In this document: piece by piece, positions 22,397-36,704 of the stretch
Layout of the letters: each line of letters opens with the position of its first letter
Position numbering within the stretch: the stretch's first letter is position 1
From: Macrostomum lignano
Taxonomy: Eukaryota
Direction of reading: 5' to 3'
DNA length: 64,000 nt
NCBI GenBank assembly: GCA_002269645.1
Contig: NIVC01003260.1
Span: forward strand, 1-64,000
Notes under the pieces: generated by a model
Database searches by the model: none
Told to the model about the DNA's origin: nothing
What the model saw: only the letters and a program-made list of their open reading frames with translations
Made by a program: the position numbers and the translations under genes

Positions 22397-25300
22397 GCGG
22401 AGATGAGCTCAGAGGGGCCGCCAGTCGATGGCCCCCAGGAGCTGCGCCACTACATCTCCTCGTGCAAGGTCACCAATGCTAGTGACGCCGATGGTGCATC
22501 GAGTAAGTTCGAGCTTAGGACAATGGAGAATATGGAACTGCTCAGTCGGTTGATTGCAAAGCCGGCATGGCCCTCCTTCGGCGATGCCTGTTCGGTGACG
22601 ATAGTAGGATGATTCTGGACAATGGCCGGATCTGACTTGGGATATAAGCGTCTGCTGCCGACGAGTGCCCGTTCCTGGGGACACCGGGGTGCGGTATACC
22701 TCCAGGTGTCCTGGCAGGTCGGGCTGGTACCTAATGTGATGGTAGATCCGCTCCTTGGAGGCGGGGAGCGAGATGAGCACCTGATCTTTACAGAGAGTCG
22801 CTGCGACTTTAGCTTCTGTGTCGACGAGTTCATTGCCGTGCACCCCCGAATGTCCGGGAACCCAGAGCAGCGTAAGTTTGGTCCTATGGGCCGCGGTCAC
22901 GAGGAGGGCCTTCGCTAGTTCGAGCCTCGCGTTCAGTGTGGGCCGGTCGGCTTGGATGGCGGTAATGGCACTTTGACTGTCCGTGAGGATGGCGGCGCAG
23001 GCGGGAGCGGAATCAATGATGTCCTGGAGCGCGAGAGTGATGGCATTAAGCTCGGCCTCGTAGGAATTGCACCATCGGCCTGCTGCCGCGTGCCCTCTGC
23101 GGATGATAGTGCCGTCTTCCCTTGCGGAGGAGGATCCAGGCCGATCCCCCCGTTGGTGGTGCCTCCTGAGACTGAACCGTCAGTGAAGTAGAGGGCTGCG
23201 TCGGGACAACGCTGCTCAATCGCGGAGAGCACTGCCTCGGTCGCAGATCCTTCATGCTCGGGGAGTTTGGTGAACATCTGCACCCCGCAATCAACCAGCG
23301 AGTCCCATGGGGGTTGCGGGTCGTAGGTATAGGCAGACGCGGGAGAGGGATCATAGCGTTGCAGATGGCTCTGGCTTGCTCTCGTAGCCCTTTGTTGGCC
23401 ACTAGCCGGGTGTTGAGTTGCCTGTCACAGATCTGCCGGAACGGATCGTCGGCCGGGCGGCGGTTGGCTTTCTCGTAGGCCATCAGGGCCCTACGGCGGG
23501 CTTCGAGGCTGATCGGGCTGACGTTGGTTTCCATATAGATGGCTTCCACCGGTGTCGAGCGTGGCAATCCCGTGATGGCTCTGAGGGATTCTCTTTGAGC
23601 GCGGTCCAGGTCGTCGAGGCGGGTACTGGACAGCCATGGAGTCCAGGCAGCAGCAGCGTGCCAGACCACCGATTCGACGAGTGCTCGATAAACCCGGAGG
23701 AGCAGGGCGCGGTCCCAGCCCCATTCGCGATGGGCGAGCGCGCGGATGATGGCGGTTCTGCGTGTCATCTTCTCTTTGACCGAGTTGGAGTGCTTATCGA
23801 AAGGAGGCCATGGTCTATCCACACCCCGAGGAACTTCAGTTCTTTCTTGGAGGGGATCGAGTGGCCGTTCAGCGAGAGGTGAAGAGCGCGGTCGCGGTCG
23901 GTGCGGTCCCTGCTGTAGAGGCAGCACTCGGTCTTGGATGGATTAAGGTCAATGCGCAGGTGATCTGCCCACTGTTCGATCTTCTGGAGCGCATCTTGAG
24001 TGCGAGCGAGGAGCTCTCGGATGTCGTGGCCCGTCGTCCAGAGTGCGATGTCGTCAGCGTAGCCGCTATATTCGACATTCGCCGTCATGTAGTCGGACCA
24101 GGCGTTAACGTAGAGAAGGAAGAGGGCCGGCGAGCTGACAGTCCCTTGCGGGACTCCCTCACGGAGCCGGCGCCATTTTCCAATGGTCGCGCCGATTCTA
24201 ACGGCAATTTGGCGGCCCTCAAGGAAACTGTCAAACCATTTGACCATACAGGCGGGAAGGCCCTCGTCCATCATCCGGGCGAGGAGTCGGGCCCTCCAGA
24301 CTCTGTCAAACGCTCTGGAGCAGTCTATGAGCACGGCAAGGGTTTTGAGATGCGGGTTACGCTCCTAACCGTCTTGAATGGCCTGGACCAGGCGGGCGAC
24401 CTGTTCTTCGCAGCCCCGCCTCGTTGGAAGCCTGCTTGCCATAATTGAATCTTTCTATGTCGCTCCAGCCAGTAGTAAAGGCGGTCCAGAATGAGTCTTT
24501 CGAGTATTTTGCAGCAGATGGAAGTGAGGCTAACTGGTCTGTAACTGCTTCGGTCCTTGGGGTCCTTGCCCTCCTTGAGCAGAGGAATGATGATAGCTTG
24601 CTTCCAGGGGCCAGGGCAGTGTCCAGTGCGCCAGCAGCGGTTGAAGACCTTGAGCACGCGGCTCTCCAGCGGTCGGGCAGGTGCAGAAAGAACGCTGCTT
24701 CAATGCCATCGGGGCCGCATTTCTTGCTGGGATCAAGTCTGTCGAGAGCTCTGAGCAGTTCACCCTCGGTGAAGTCACGGCGATAGTTGTCGTCGTCCGC
24801 CTCATAGGAGGCTAGGCGAGTAGCCGTTTGCACCTTGAATTTGCGGTGGGTGGCGTCGTGCTTCAGAGTGCTAATGTCTTCATAATATCTGCCGAAGGCG
24901 TTGGCTTTGTCCTTGTCGGTACAGAGTTCCTTTCCGTCTACGACCAGGTTCTCGTTAGGGTGGGCCGCTTGTTTGCCGTTGCTAAGGCATTTGATGGTGT
25001 TCCAGACCTTTTTGGGGTCCTCGGATTCGGCCATTTTTCCGATAAAGTCCTTCCAGAATTCATGTTTCTTTTCGCCGCAGCGCTTGATAAGCTCCTGGCT
25101 TTTAGCGCGCCATTCCTCGGGCGGGGCGGCGGCTTCACGGAGAGCGTTGCGATGATTACGCAGTTTGCTCAGCTCGTCATCCCAGTACGGTTTATTTTTG
25201 ATGGAGACCTTTTTTCGCGGGATGGCCAGCTCTGCCGCTTTGAGCATACCTTTGGTAAGCCGGCTGATCTGTTTTTTGATGGAACCTCGGTTGAGGTGTA

Positions 25301-26884
25301 CACAGTCTTCCTCAAGAATGGACCTGAACTGAGACCAGTCGGCTTTTTTCCAAGCCCAGTGGAATCTGGGTGTCGCTCGAAGAGTGTCCCGCGCAGTGCT
25401 GATAGAGATCAGGATAGGTTTGTGATCCGATCCAAGTTCGTTAAGAGTGGACCAGGTGCAGCGGGGGGCGATCTCCTCGCTGGCAATGGAGAGGTCGGGA
25501 GCGCTGGAGCGCCCTGAGTGACGGTCGATGCAGGTGTGAGTTCCGGAGTTAAGTATCCGGTAGTTTGTAGAGGAACACCAGTTGATAAGGCAACGGGATT
25601 GAGGCAGGCTGTCCCGGCCCTGGTCGGCGTCGCTCCCCCAGGATGGGTGGTGCAGGTTAAAGTCACCCGTGATGATCTCGCGGTGGTGGCAGCGGTGGTC
25701 CTCGCCTTCGATACGCCGGATCGGGGGGCGATAAATATTGGTGATGATAAGTCTGTCGCGGGCGGACGTGTTCACGACGATACGGCTCCCTTCAGTGGTG
25801 CCGCCGTTCCAGCCCTGGATTTTACGATACGGAATGCCTTGGCGGACGAAGAGCAACAGTCCTCCTCCTTTGATGCTGGGGTCGAGCCTAGCTACTTTGC
25901 GATCCTTGCGAACAGTGGTATAGCCTGACAGCTTAGGGGTTCGATTGAGCGACGTGAGCTTGGACTCCTGGACGGTGATGATATCGACCTGAAGTCTCTG
26001 AGCTAGTTCCTCCAGCTCCCCTAGCTTGTTGCCGATCCCGTCGGCGTTCCATTGCAGAATGGTTAAGGTCGGCTTCGAGCTGTCCCATCCGGGAGCCGAG
26101 CGGCCGCGCCTCGGGATGGTCGGGTCCGAGCCCGAGGGGGAGGGTGGACTAAGGCTGGCTGCTTTCGAGCAAGGAGGGCAGCGCCACATTCCCCTGCTGA
26201 CTTCGCGTTTAATCTGATCCCGGGTGGCCTGGGTGCAAGCATTATGGAAGAAACCTTGGCAGGTGTTACAGCAGGCAATAACGGTGCTGATTCGGATGGG
26301 TTTGCGGCAGTGGGTGCAGTTCGGCTTGTCTCGTTGGATGCGTTGGAGCAGTTCTTGTCGCCGGCTGACTTCATCAGCGACTTCTGTAGGGGCCACCTCT
26401 GGCTGGCTGTCCGAGTCGGAGGAATTAGGGGGATTAACGGCGTTGCTGCCTCGGTTCGTGCAGCTAAAGCAGAGCCATTCGGTGGAGCCGATGGCTTTGT
26501 TAGCCGCCCATCTGCTCAGCCCGGAGCAGTCGCGTTGGAGGTGGTAGTACTTATCACAGATGCGGCAGTGGAGGGACTTCCCTCTGAGCGGGCGTCCGCA
26601 CTCACGTTGCCCGCAGAGAGTGGGTCCCGGGTTAAGCTCGATATCACCGGCCCTGAGCAGCAGCGTGGGAAGGTGGCGGGCCTCGCTGCCGAACTTCCCG
26701 TGGTCCAGGTACGCGCTGCAGAGAAAGATAACAATCCAAGTAACCAAAAGCACGAGGGACGGAGTGTCCGTTTTCCGGCGCTCTTCGACCCCTTTCCAAG
26801 AGAGGGGCTCCCCTCCGCGACGAAGACGCGGCGCCGGGTAGGAGCTGCGGGCGGGCCGCAGGCTGCGCGTAAAGCACAGCGGGT
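22397..26884 (-). mobile_element. Near full-length Ingi/I-type LINE: 2A peptide, 2 PHD fingers, APE, RT, RNase H, CCHC finger; frameshifted
   Basis: ORF 24357-26753: GDIELNPGP, two C4-H-C3 fingers, LTILQWNADG/DIITVQES/ITGDFNLHH/SDHKPI (APE). RT in 24325-24657 and 23765-24334 (YRPVSLTS, AFDRV, GVPQG, YADD). RNase H: FTDGS, WVPGHSGVHGNELVD. Terminal CRLC..H...C. Flanked by (TTG)n on both sides. Clade assignment is inferred from architecture. Confidence 0.9.
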
Positions 26885-26909
26885 GTTGTTGTTGTTGCTG
26901 TTGTTGTTG

Positions 26910-27760
26910 GGAGTGGAGCTGGCTTCATCCCCAATGAGCAGAAAGGGGATGTTGATGACCCCGGTTATATGAAAAGAAAACAAATTATGATTATGAGCTT
27001 GCGGGTGCAACCGATGCTGCTAAGAATCCACTGTTTAGGTCTGTTGATATTTTTCTACTCGTTCCTTAGAGATGTTTGGGTGGTTTCTGCGTTGACAAGC
27101 AACTTTAGCTACATATTTAGGTTGACTACCGGTATATAGAGATGATCGAAATGAGAAATTTGGACTTTAACTATACAACAATGGAGATTAAACTTGCTGG
27201 TGTGGAACTGTATCTTGAAACCATTGAGCCGAAGATGCACTGAAAGCAGAATACTTGAAGATTATTGAGAAGGATATTGATATTGCTCACACAGCCTATT
27301 GAGATGATCGCCATGACACTAGATACAATAAAGAGGGTTCCTTTAGCAATCCATGGTACATTATTATCACTATGAGAAATGCGACTGGCATGGGGTGCTA
27401 TGTTCGTGGAAACGTTCGATCAGTTCAACATGTGATCAGTGACAATTTGTACCCTGCACTGCCAGATAGGGATGCAAACTGTCAATCATTTATTCAATTA
27501 TTATTTGGCTTTTTAGTCTGAAAATCATTATTAAAAGTCAAAACTAGAATTTTGCTGATCACAATCAGACTTCAGACAATGCATCAATATGAGTATACTT
27601 GACTTTGACACTGTACAAGCACATATATTTCTGCGTTTCCTGACTGTCTATCCCTTCAGCTCTTAGAAGAGAAGTTATAATTAAACGATCAAAAGGCAAC
27701 AAAAATATTTTATATTTCTTTTTATACTGAAAATATGTATAAAATCTTTTACACTTACTG
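26910..27760 (+). pseudogene. Polinton/adintovirus-like major capsid protein, central and C-terminal part
   Basis: Resumes right after the (GTT)n: GAGFIPNE...DPGYMKRKQI, LVP*RCLGGFC, LYLETIEP, LKAEYLKIIEKDIDI, NPWYIIITM...VRSVQHVISDNLYP and ATKIFYISFYTENMYKI, in MCP motif order, with many stops and frameshifts. Confidence 0.6.
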
Positions 27761-27931
27761 TATATTATACATAATACTTCTAAGATAAACTGCATGCACC
27801 TGAAAATAACTGAAGTCACTGAAGATTAGCAGTTTTCATTGTTTATAGAAAGTAACGATATACATATGTGGAATATTGTCTTTAAAAATCAATCAAGCTA
27901 CTTAAAGTAGAATTATTACTGGTGACGGATG

Positions 27932-28225
27932 TCACATCTCTGCGCGGGCTTGACGCATCGCTTCTTCATAGGAAGGCGGCGGAGAGTGGGAGATGACTGA
28001 GATGGCAAAGTCCGTTGGCTGAGTGTGCACCGGCTGCTGTCGCTGTGGCCGCTGAGGCCGCTGCGGCCGCTGAGGCCGCTGAGGCCGCTGAGGCCGCTGA
28101 CTTTCAGTCTGGCCAGTTCTGTTCGTTCTTTTGTTCTGGTTGCACCGGCAAATGCAGAAGCAGAAGGCCAGTAGCAATGAAATGGCTATGGGGGCCGATA
28201 TGATCCAATAGAATTGTGAGCTCAT
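27932..28225 (-). CDS. Small single-pass membrane protein with Cys-rich juxtamembrane segment and C-terminal PPxY motif (97 aa)
   Basis: MSSQFYWIISAPIAISLLLAFCFCICRC, (RPQ)n linker, SPPPSYEEA. Intronless ORF, GC-rich against AT-rich flanks. Confidence 0.8.
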   Translation of the reverse strand: MSSQFYWIISAPIAISLLLAFCFCICRCNQNKRTNRTGQTESQRPQRPQRPQRPQRPQRPQRQQPVHTQPTDFAISVISHSPPPSYEEAMRQARAEM

Positions 28226-28944
28226 GTGTTCTCTCTGCTTTTTATAATTGTATATCTCTGCTTTAATTTCGACTCAGGCGTTCGAATACAATTTGAGCCG
28301 CATGAGGTATTCATATTTATCTAATTCTCTCGAGGTTGGCTGCCGAAGCCTACTGATAAGATGGCAGGCATTCTCATGCAGCATTGGCAGTGGGCACCAG
28401 TGAAATCAAGCGCGAATGTAAGCACGTGAGCTAACGATAACTCAAGCCAAATAAGTCTGTGCTGAGCCAAAAGTCTGAGTCAGACATGGCTGGAATAGCC
28501 TGTACCAGCTGGAAACTGACGCATTTAAATATTAATATAAGTATATAGTTATGCGTGCACAAACTGTGTACATTGTAATTAAGGTGAAACCTTTTTAACG
28601 AATTCGCACCCTGCGTTCGCCAAGCAGATACCGTGCGTGTGTTCTTCTAGTGTCATTTACATGTATCACTAACAATTAACTGAGCTACAAATGTACAACA
28701 AAATCTGAGATGGCATTCAGTAGTTAATTTTCTTTTAGGATGCTCAAAATTTTAAATGTTATTAAATATGCAAGTTTATGTTGTAATAGAACTAAAATTA
28801 AACCTATTCATTCGGACTAATTTTCTAGTTTCGACGCAATATTTGACTGGAAATATGAATCTTAAAGGTGCTTGATAAAATTCCTTTTCTTTCTTGAGCA
28901 ATGAGCGTTTCTATGGCTCGTATTTTACTTTGAATCTCACATTC

Positions 28945-29660
28945 TCGAGAATTCACATCCTGGAAAATCCACATCCTGAAAATTCACATGATGTGAATTT
29001 TGTACATGATGTGAATCACATCCTGGAGAATTCACATCCTAGAGAATTCACATCCTGGAGAATTCACATCCTAGAGAATTCACATCCTGGAGAGTTCACA
29101 TCCTGGAGAATTCACATCCTGGAAAATCCGCATCCTGAAAATTCACATCCTGGAGAATTCACATCCTGGAGAGTTCACATCCTGGAAAATTCACATCCTG
29201 GAGAGTTCACATCCTGGAAAATTCACATCCTGGAAAATTCACATCCTGGAAAATTCACATCCTGGAGAATTCACATCCTGGAGAGTTCACATCCTGGAAA
29301 ACTCACATCCTGGAGAGTTCACATCCTGGAAAATTCACATCCTGGAAAATTCACATCCTGGAGAATTTACATCCTGGAGAGTTCACATCCTGGAAAATTC
29401 ACATCCTGGAAAATTCACATCCTGGAAAATTAACACCCTGGAGAGTTCACATCCTGGAGAGTTCACATCCTGGAGAGTTCACATCCTGGAGAGTTCACAT
29501 CCTGGAGAGTTCACATCCTGGAAAATTCACATCCTGGAGAATTCATATCCTGGAAAATTCACATCCTGGAGAGTTCACATCCTGGAGAATTCACATCCTG
29601 GAAAATTAAAATCCTGGAGAGTTCATGTCCTGGAAAATTCACATCCTGGAAAAGACACAT
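28945..29660. repeat. 16-bp minisatellite (AATTCACATCCTGGAG)n
   Basis: Contiguous tandem units without spacers. Confidence 0.93.
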
Positions 29661-30115
29661 CGTAGAAATGTCTCGTCACGGAAAATTCAAAACAAAAGCG
29701 CCAGTCACCAGATCAGAGGCTATTTCATGGGTATCCTGATGGGAAATCTGAGTTAAAAAGTTTGATAAAAAGTCCAATTGATTGACTATTAAGCTGTTTT
29801 ACGTTAATTACTAATAGTAGTGGGTCAATGTCCCCTAATAGACGTTGCAATGTCCGCCACGACACAGAGATTCGCCTCTCAACAGGTCACATTGCGGAAC
29901 TTAGAATTAGTTTTTCAATTATGGATGAATAAAATAATGAATACTGCTAGCCTTGAGCACATATCTGAGATACTTGAAGGGCTCTTGACAAGGATTAGGT
30001 TTCAACTATACAAGACGGTCGAATGTAAATAAAACGTAAAACTTAGTACAATCAATTAACTGAATCCTGACGCGACACATTTGGTAAAATTTTTCAGTCT
30101 GCACCCACCGGGACC

Positions 30116-30433
30116 TCAGCAGCCGTTTCGCGTCGCTTCTTCGTATGACGGCGGCGGCGGCTGGAACTGCCGCTGCTGCTGGTGCTGGTACTGCTGCTGG
30201 TGCTGCTGTTGCATCGACTGCGGTGGTGGCAGCATGGACGATGTCGGCCAGCCCTCCCCAGCCGCGATCGCAGCCACTGGCGGGTGCACCTGAACGTTGA
30301 CGCGATTTGGATTGCTGCCAGTCCGCTGCCGTCCGCATCCAGCAGCCGCCTTTTTGCAGCAATAGACGCAAATGAAGAGCAGGAACATGACAAAGCCGCC
30401 AACGATTAGCACCAGCTCTTTCATCTTCTTCAT
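30116..30433 (-). CDS. Second small single-pass PPxY membrane protein (105 aa)
   Basis: MKKMKELVLIVGGFVMFLLFICVYCCKK, Gln-rich linker, QPPPPSYEEATRNGC. First ATG at 30433. Confidence 0.8.
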   Translation of the reverse strand: MKKMKELVLIVGGFVMFLLFICVYCCKKAAAGCGRQRTGSNPNRVNVQVHPPVAAIAAGEGWPTSSMLPPPQSMQQQHQQQYQHQQQRQFQPPPPSYEEATRNGC

Positions 30434-31039
30434 CTTCTCGAGCAAAGCGACAGCAGTGTTTGCACTAGAGGCTCAAATCTGTATTGCAACAGGTAAAAGT
30501 CCAAGTCAGATGACGCCAACAACTTAGTCAAGCGCTTAGATAAATGTCTTATAACTGACCGCGAAAGCAGATGCAAAAAATCGGCATGCTTGTCAGTTCA
30601 AATCTTGATGCGATTTTTTTTAACTACTTACCACACCAATATGCACTGGGCAGTGCATAAAGGCCCAGCCCACTCACTCACTTTGGTACACGTCCGAACA
30701 AGTTGGAGTGGAGCTGGGGTGGCCATTAATTTCCAATTGCACGGTGAAGTACTTTACAATTTAGGCACTACTGTGGGTTTCATATGCCACCTGCAGCTGT
30801 AATTTCAACTGGGCTGATTGCGTTGGATAGCTACGCAGCCAATTCAGCATATGTTGCACGGGCAAGAGGATGTATATACTATAAATTAAGCGAATAATTG
30901 ATAAACCCGACTTATCGGGCAGAAATGTCACATCAATCTTTCATCCTCGTTACTACGAGCGTATTAGCATATTTTGGACCATAGACAACAAATTTATTTT
31001 TAGAACAACCGCTAGAATCTGATGACAACAGTGGAGGGC

Positions 31040-31710
31040 GGTGAAGAAACTTGATGGCATACTCCGCAGTGAAGCCGGCTCGCTCCGATGGAAGGTGGCT
31101 AAGGATGGTGGACGTTAAAGGCTTCATAGGAGTTACTGGAATCAGATGGCATGGGAGCTGCTCAGGAAGTGAGAGCTGGACATCACCAGGTTGCAGAAGG
31201 AACCTCCGACTGATAGGCTGCAGTCTATCCAGAGCTGTGGAGGCAACCCGCTGGCGGTCCGGATCTGGAGAGAGCTGCATGCGCTCGAAGACTAGGGTTC
31301 GGTCACCATGCTCTGGATCCCGAGCCTGGAGGAACGAGTTGGCGGATGAGGTGGCGAACGACACGGCGGCTTCGGAGGGTGGAGGAGGTTGGAATACTGG
31401 CCAGCCTGGTAGCTAAAAAATCGAGACGATGTACTCGTCTGGAGAAAGAATGGAGGCATGAGGGGATGCAGAAGACGTATGGGAACACAAAGCATGGAAG
31501 CCGGGATCTGGGGTTCGATAGCCGGGCGGAAGAGGTCAGCTTCAGGAGGGACAGAACGGGGCACTCGCTGGAGCTGGCTGCGTATAGAAGGAGAATCGGT
31601 CTGCAGAATGAGGGAAGGTGCCAGATGTGGGGAGAGAAGGATGAGACGATTGAGCACCTGCTGGACTCCACAGAGATGAGGAGAAGGACATGGGGCCTCA
31701 TTGCAGGCTC
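31040..31710 (+). mobile_element. 3' fragment of an I-type LINE (RNase H end and CCHC finger)
   Basis: TMLWIPS...NELADEVA and RRDRTGHS..LAAYRRRIG...C..W.E.DETIEHLL across frames; same layout as the 3' end of the 22.4-26.9 kb LINE. Confidence 0.75.
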
Positions 31711-31711
31711 A

Positions 31712-32690
31712 ATTGTGACTGCAACCACTTTGACTCAATTGTGACTGCAACCACTTTGACTCAGTTGTGACTGCAACCACTTTGACTCAATTGTGACTGC
31801 AACCACTTTGACTCAATTGTGACTGCAACCACTTTGGCTCAGTTGTGACTGCAACCACTTTGACTCAATTGTGACTGCAACCACTTTGACTCAGTTGTGA
31901 CCACTTTGGCTCAATTGTGACTGCAACCACTTTGACTCAATTGTGACTGTAACCACTTTGGCTCAGTTGTGACCACTTTGGCTCAATTGTGACTGCAACC
32001 ACTTTGGCTCAGTTGTGACTGCAACCACTTTGACTCAGTTGTGACTGCAACCACTTTGACTCAGTTGTGACCACTTTGGCTCAATTGTGACTGCAACCAC
32101 TTTGACTCAGTTGTGACCACTTTGGCTCAATTGTGACTGCAACCACTTTGGCTCAGTTGTGACTGTAACCACTTTGGCTCAGTTGTGACTGCAACCACTT
32201 TGGCTCAGTTGTGACTGTAACCACTTTGACTCAGTTGTGACTGCAACCACTTTGACTCAGTTGTGACTGCAACCACTTTGGCTCAGTTGTGACTGCAACC
32301 ACTTTGGCTCAGTTGTGACTGTAACCACTTTGACTCAGTTGTGACTGTAACCACTTTGACTCAGTTGTGACTGTAACCACTTTGACTCAGTTGTGACTGC
32401 AACCACTTTGGCTCAGTTGTGACTGCAACCACTTTGACTCAGTTGTGACTGTAACCACTTTGACTCAGTTGTGACTGTAACCACTTTGACTCAGTTGTGA
32501 CTGCAACCACTTTGGCTCAGTTGTGACTGTAACCACTTTGACTCAGTTGTGACTGCAACCACTTTGACTCAGTTGTGACTGCAACCACTTTGACTCAGTT
32601 GTGACCACTTTGGCTCAGTTGTGACTGCAACCACTTTGACTCAGTTGTGACTGTAACCACTTTGGCTCAGTTGTGACTGCAACCACTTTG
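31712..32690. repeat. 26-bp minisatellite (GTGACTGCAACCACTTTGACTCAGTT)n
   Basis: About 1 kb of head-to-tail units with occasional 6-bp deletion variants. Confidence 0.93.
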
Positions 32691-32925
32691 TAGCAGCTTG
32701 ATCGATGCCCACGCATCTGGAGCAGGATCCATTACTGTTCGGCACACCTACCAATCTTCATTCAATTTTGATAGAAAAAGCAAATCGAAATCTTCTATAT
32801 TTAGAAATTTTTTCTCAATAAAATGCTTGCATGCCAACAAACAAAATAATGTCGCCCAGCGCCGCCGCCTTAGTCGCAACAAATCCTTGTTTCATCCAAT
32901 GTGAGAAAAAATTTCCCCTGTTCAC

Positions 32926-35224
<2,299 letters not shown>

Positions 35225-36056
35225 CATCCTCGATTGGTCGGTCACGAAATAACCAGCGGTAATGCGACTTAACCAGCGCTTCGTCTGCAACGATGCACTA
35301 ACGCGTTTGCATCCGTGTTAGCGGATGGGAGCTTCTGTGTCTATGGGCAGCCTTTGTTGCTGGGGCATGTTCTAACAGAGAGAGCGAGAGAGAGAAGCAA
35401 CACGGGAAAACTTTCAATAAATTGAGTAGTGTATTTTTTTCAAATGTCACTTTCTAAGAAATTTGCAAAGTCATGGAACCACGCAGACACCTCGTGGACA
35501 TTCCAGAATGTTCTACTATGTAAACAGACGCTTGACATCGACCACTCCCACTCTCCATGAAGCTAAACTTAAGAACTTAAGGGATAGAATGGCTCAACCG
35601 CTCTCGCCTTTTTTGTAGTTCTAAGCGAACTAATTTAAAAGTACATTGGCAAACTGCTCAGTCTGTGTAGACAGGGCGGGCGAACCCAGCTAGCAAAAAT
35701 CAATTACTGAAATCATCGAACCGCCTGACCCGAAGCCGTGCATGTCGAGCTGAGCTGCTCTGTTCGGGCTGAAATGCGATCCCCATTTTGAATTGCCGGG
35801 TCCCCACCTAGCCCAGATCCCAGCGACCACGCTCACAGAGGGGACTCTCTCCCATCCCATCCTATACTAATCCTTCTCCTAACGCCGGGCTGCCAGCAGA
35901 GCCAATGGATTTGTGGGAGAGTCTCAAAAGTTCTCTCCTCTCTACAGCTCTCGCCAGTTTCAGTTTCGGCTGAGCACGGCGGGCTAAGACAAGAAAAGCC
36001 GAAAGCAGAATCCAAAATCCCCTTGGCTCTTTCAGCTTCATCCCACACTGCTCTCT

Positions 36057-36063
36057 TCTTCTC

Positions 36064-36114
<51 letters not shown>

Positions 36115-36185
36115 TTCTCTCTCTCTCTCTGCTTCCCCCTCTCTCTCTCTCCCTTCCTTTCCCTCTCTCTTTCTCTCTCTTTCAG

Positions 36186-36260
<75 letters not shown>
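36057..36260. repeat. (CT)n microsatellite
   Basis: Read directly. Confidence 0.95.
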
Positions 36261-36262
<2 letters not shown>

Positions 36263-36704
36263 CACTTACGAGGAGAGAGAGACACCAAAGCCTCTCCCAT
36301 CCCGACGCAAGCTCACAGAGGTTTTTCCTGACCCCCCCTTTCTCTCTCTTTTTCTTCCCCTTTTTTGCCCAGGCTCGCAACCAATCGCTACCTTACTTTA
36401 CTATTTGGCTAGAGGGGGGAGAAAATCTGATGTAGCCAGCCGTGCAGCCTCCTCTCCCAGCGTTCAGATCCCGGTTCCCCAGGTCACGAGTACTCCGGCA
36501 GGCGGGCGGTCTGCTCAACCTCTCTTCAGCCTCCCCACCCCAGCTCCTATTCCTCATCAGTGTTCTATCCGGATAGAGCTGGATTTTTTAGCCAGCTAAA
36601 ATCCCCACCCGCTCTGCTCCCGACATCGCTTGCGGCAGCTCCTCTTCGATTTCGCTGCTAGAGTCCCAAGTTCGCGCCCCCTTGCCCCTCCGATCCGTTC
36701 GGTC

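Noticed and set aside
28945-32690. 16-bp and 26-bp arrays as CRISPR-like repeats
   Set aside because: Head-to-tail units with no unique spacers, no cas genes and a eukaryotic context.
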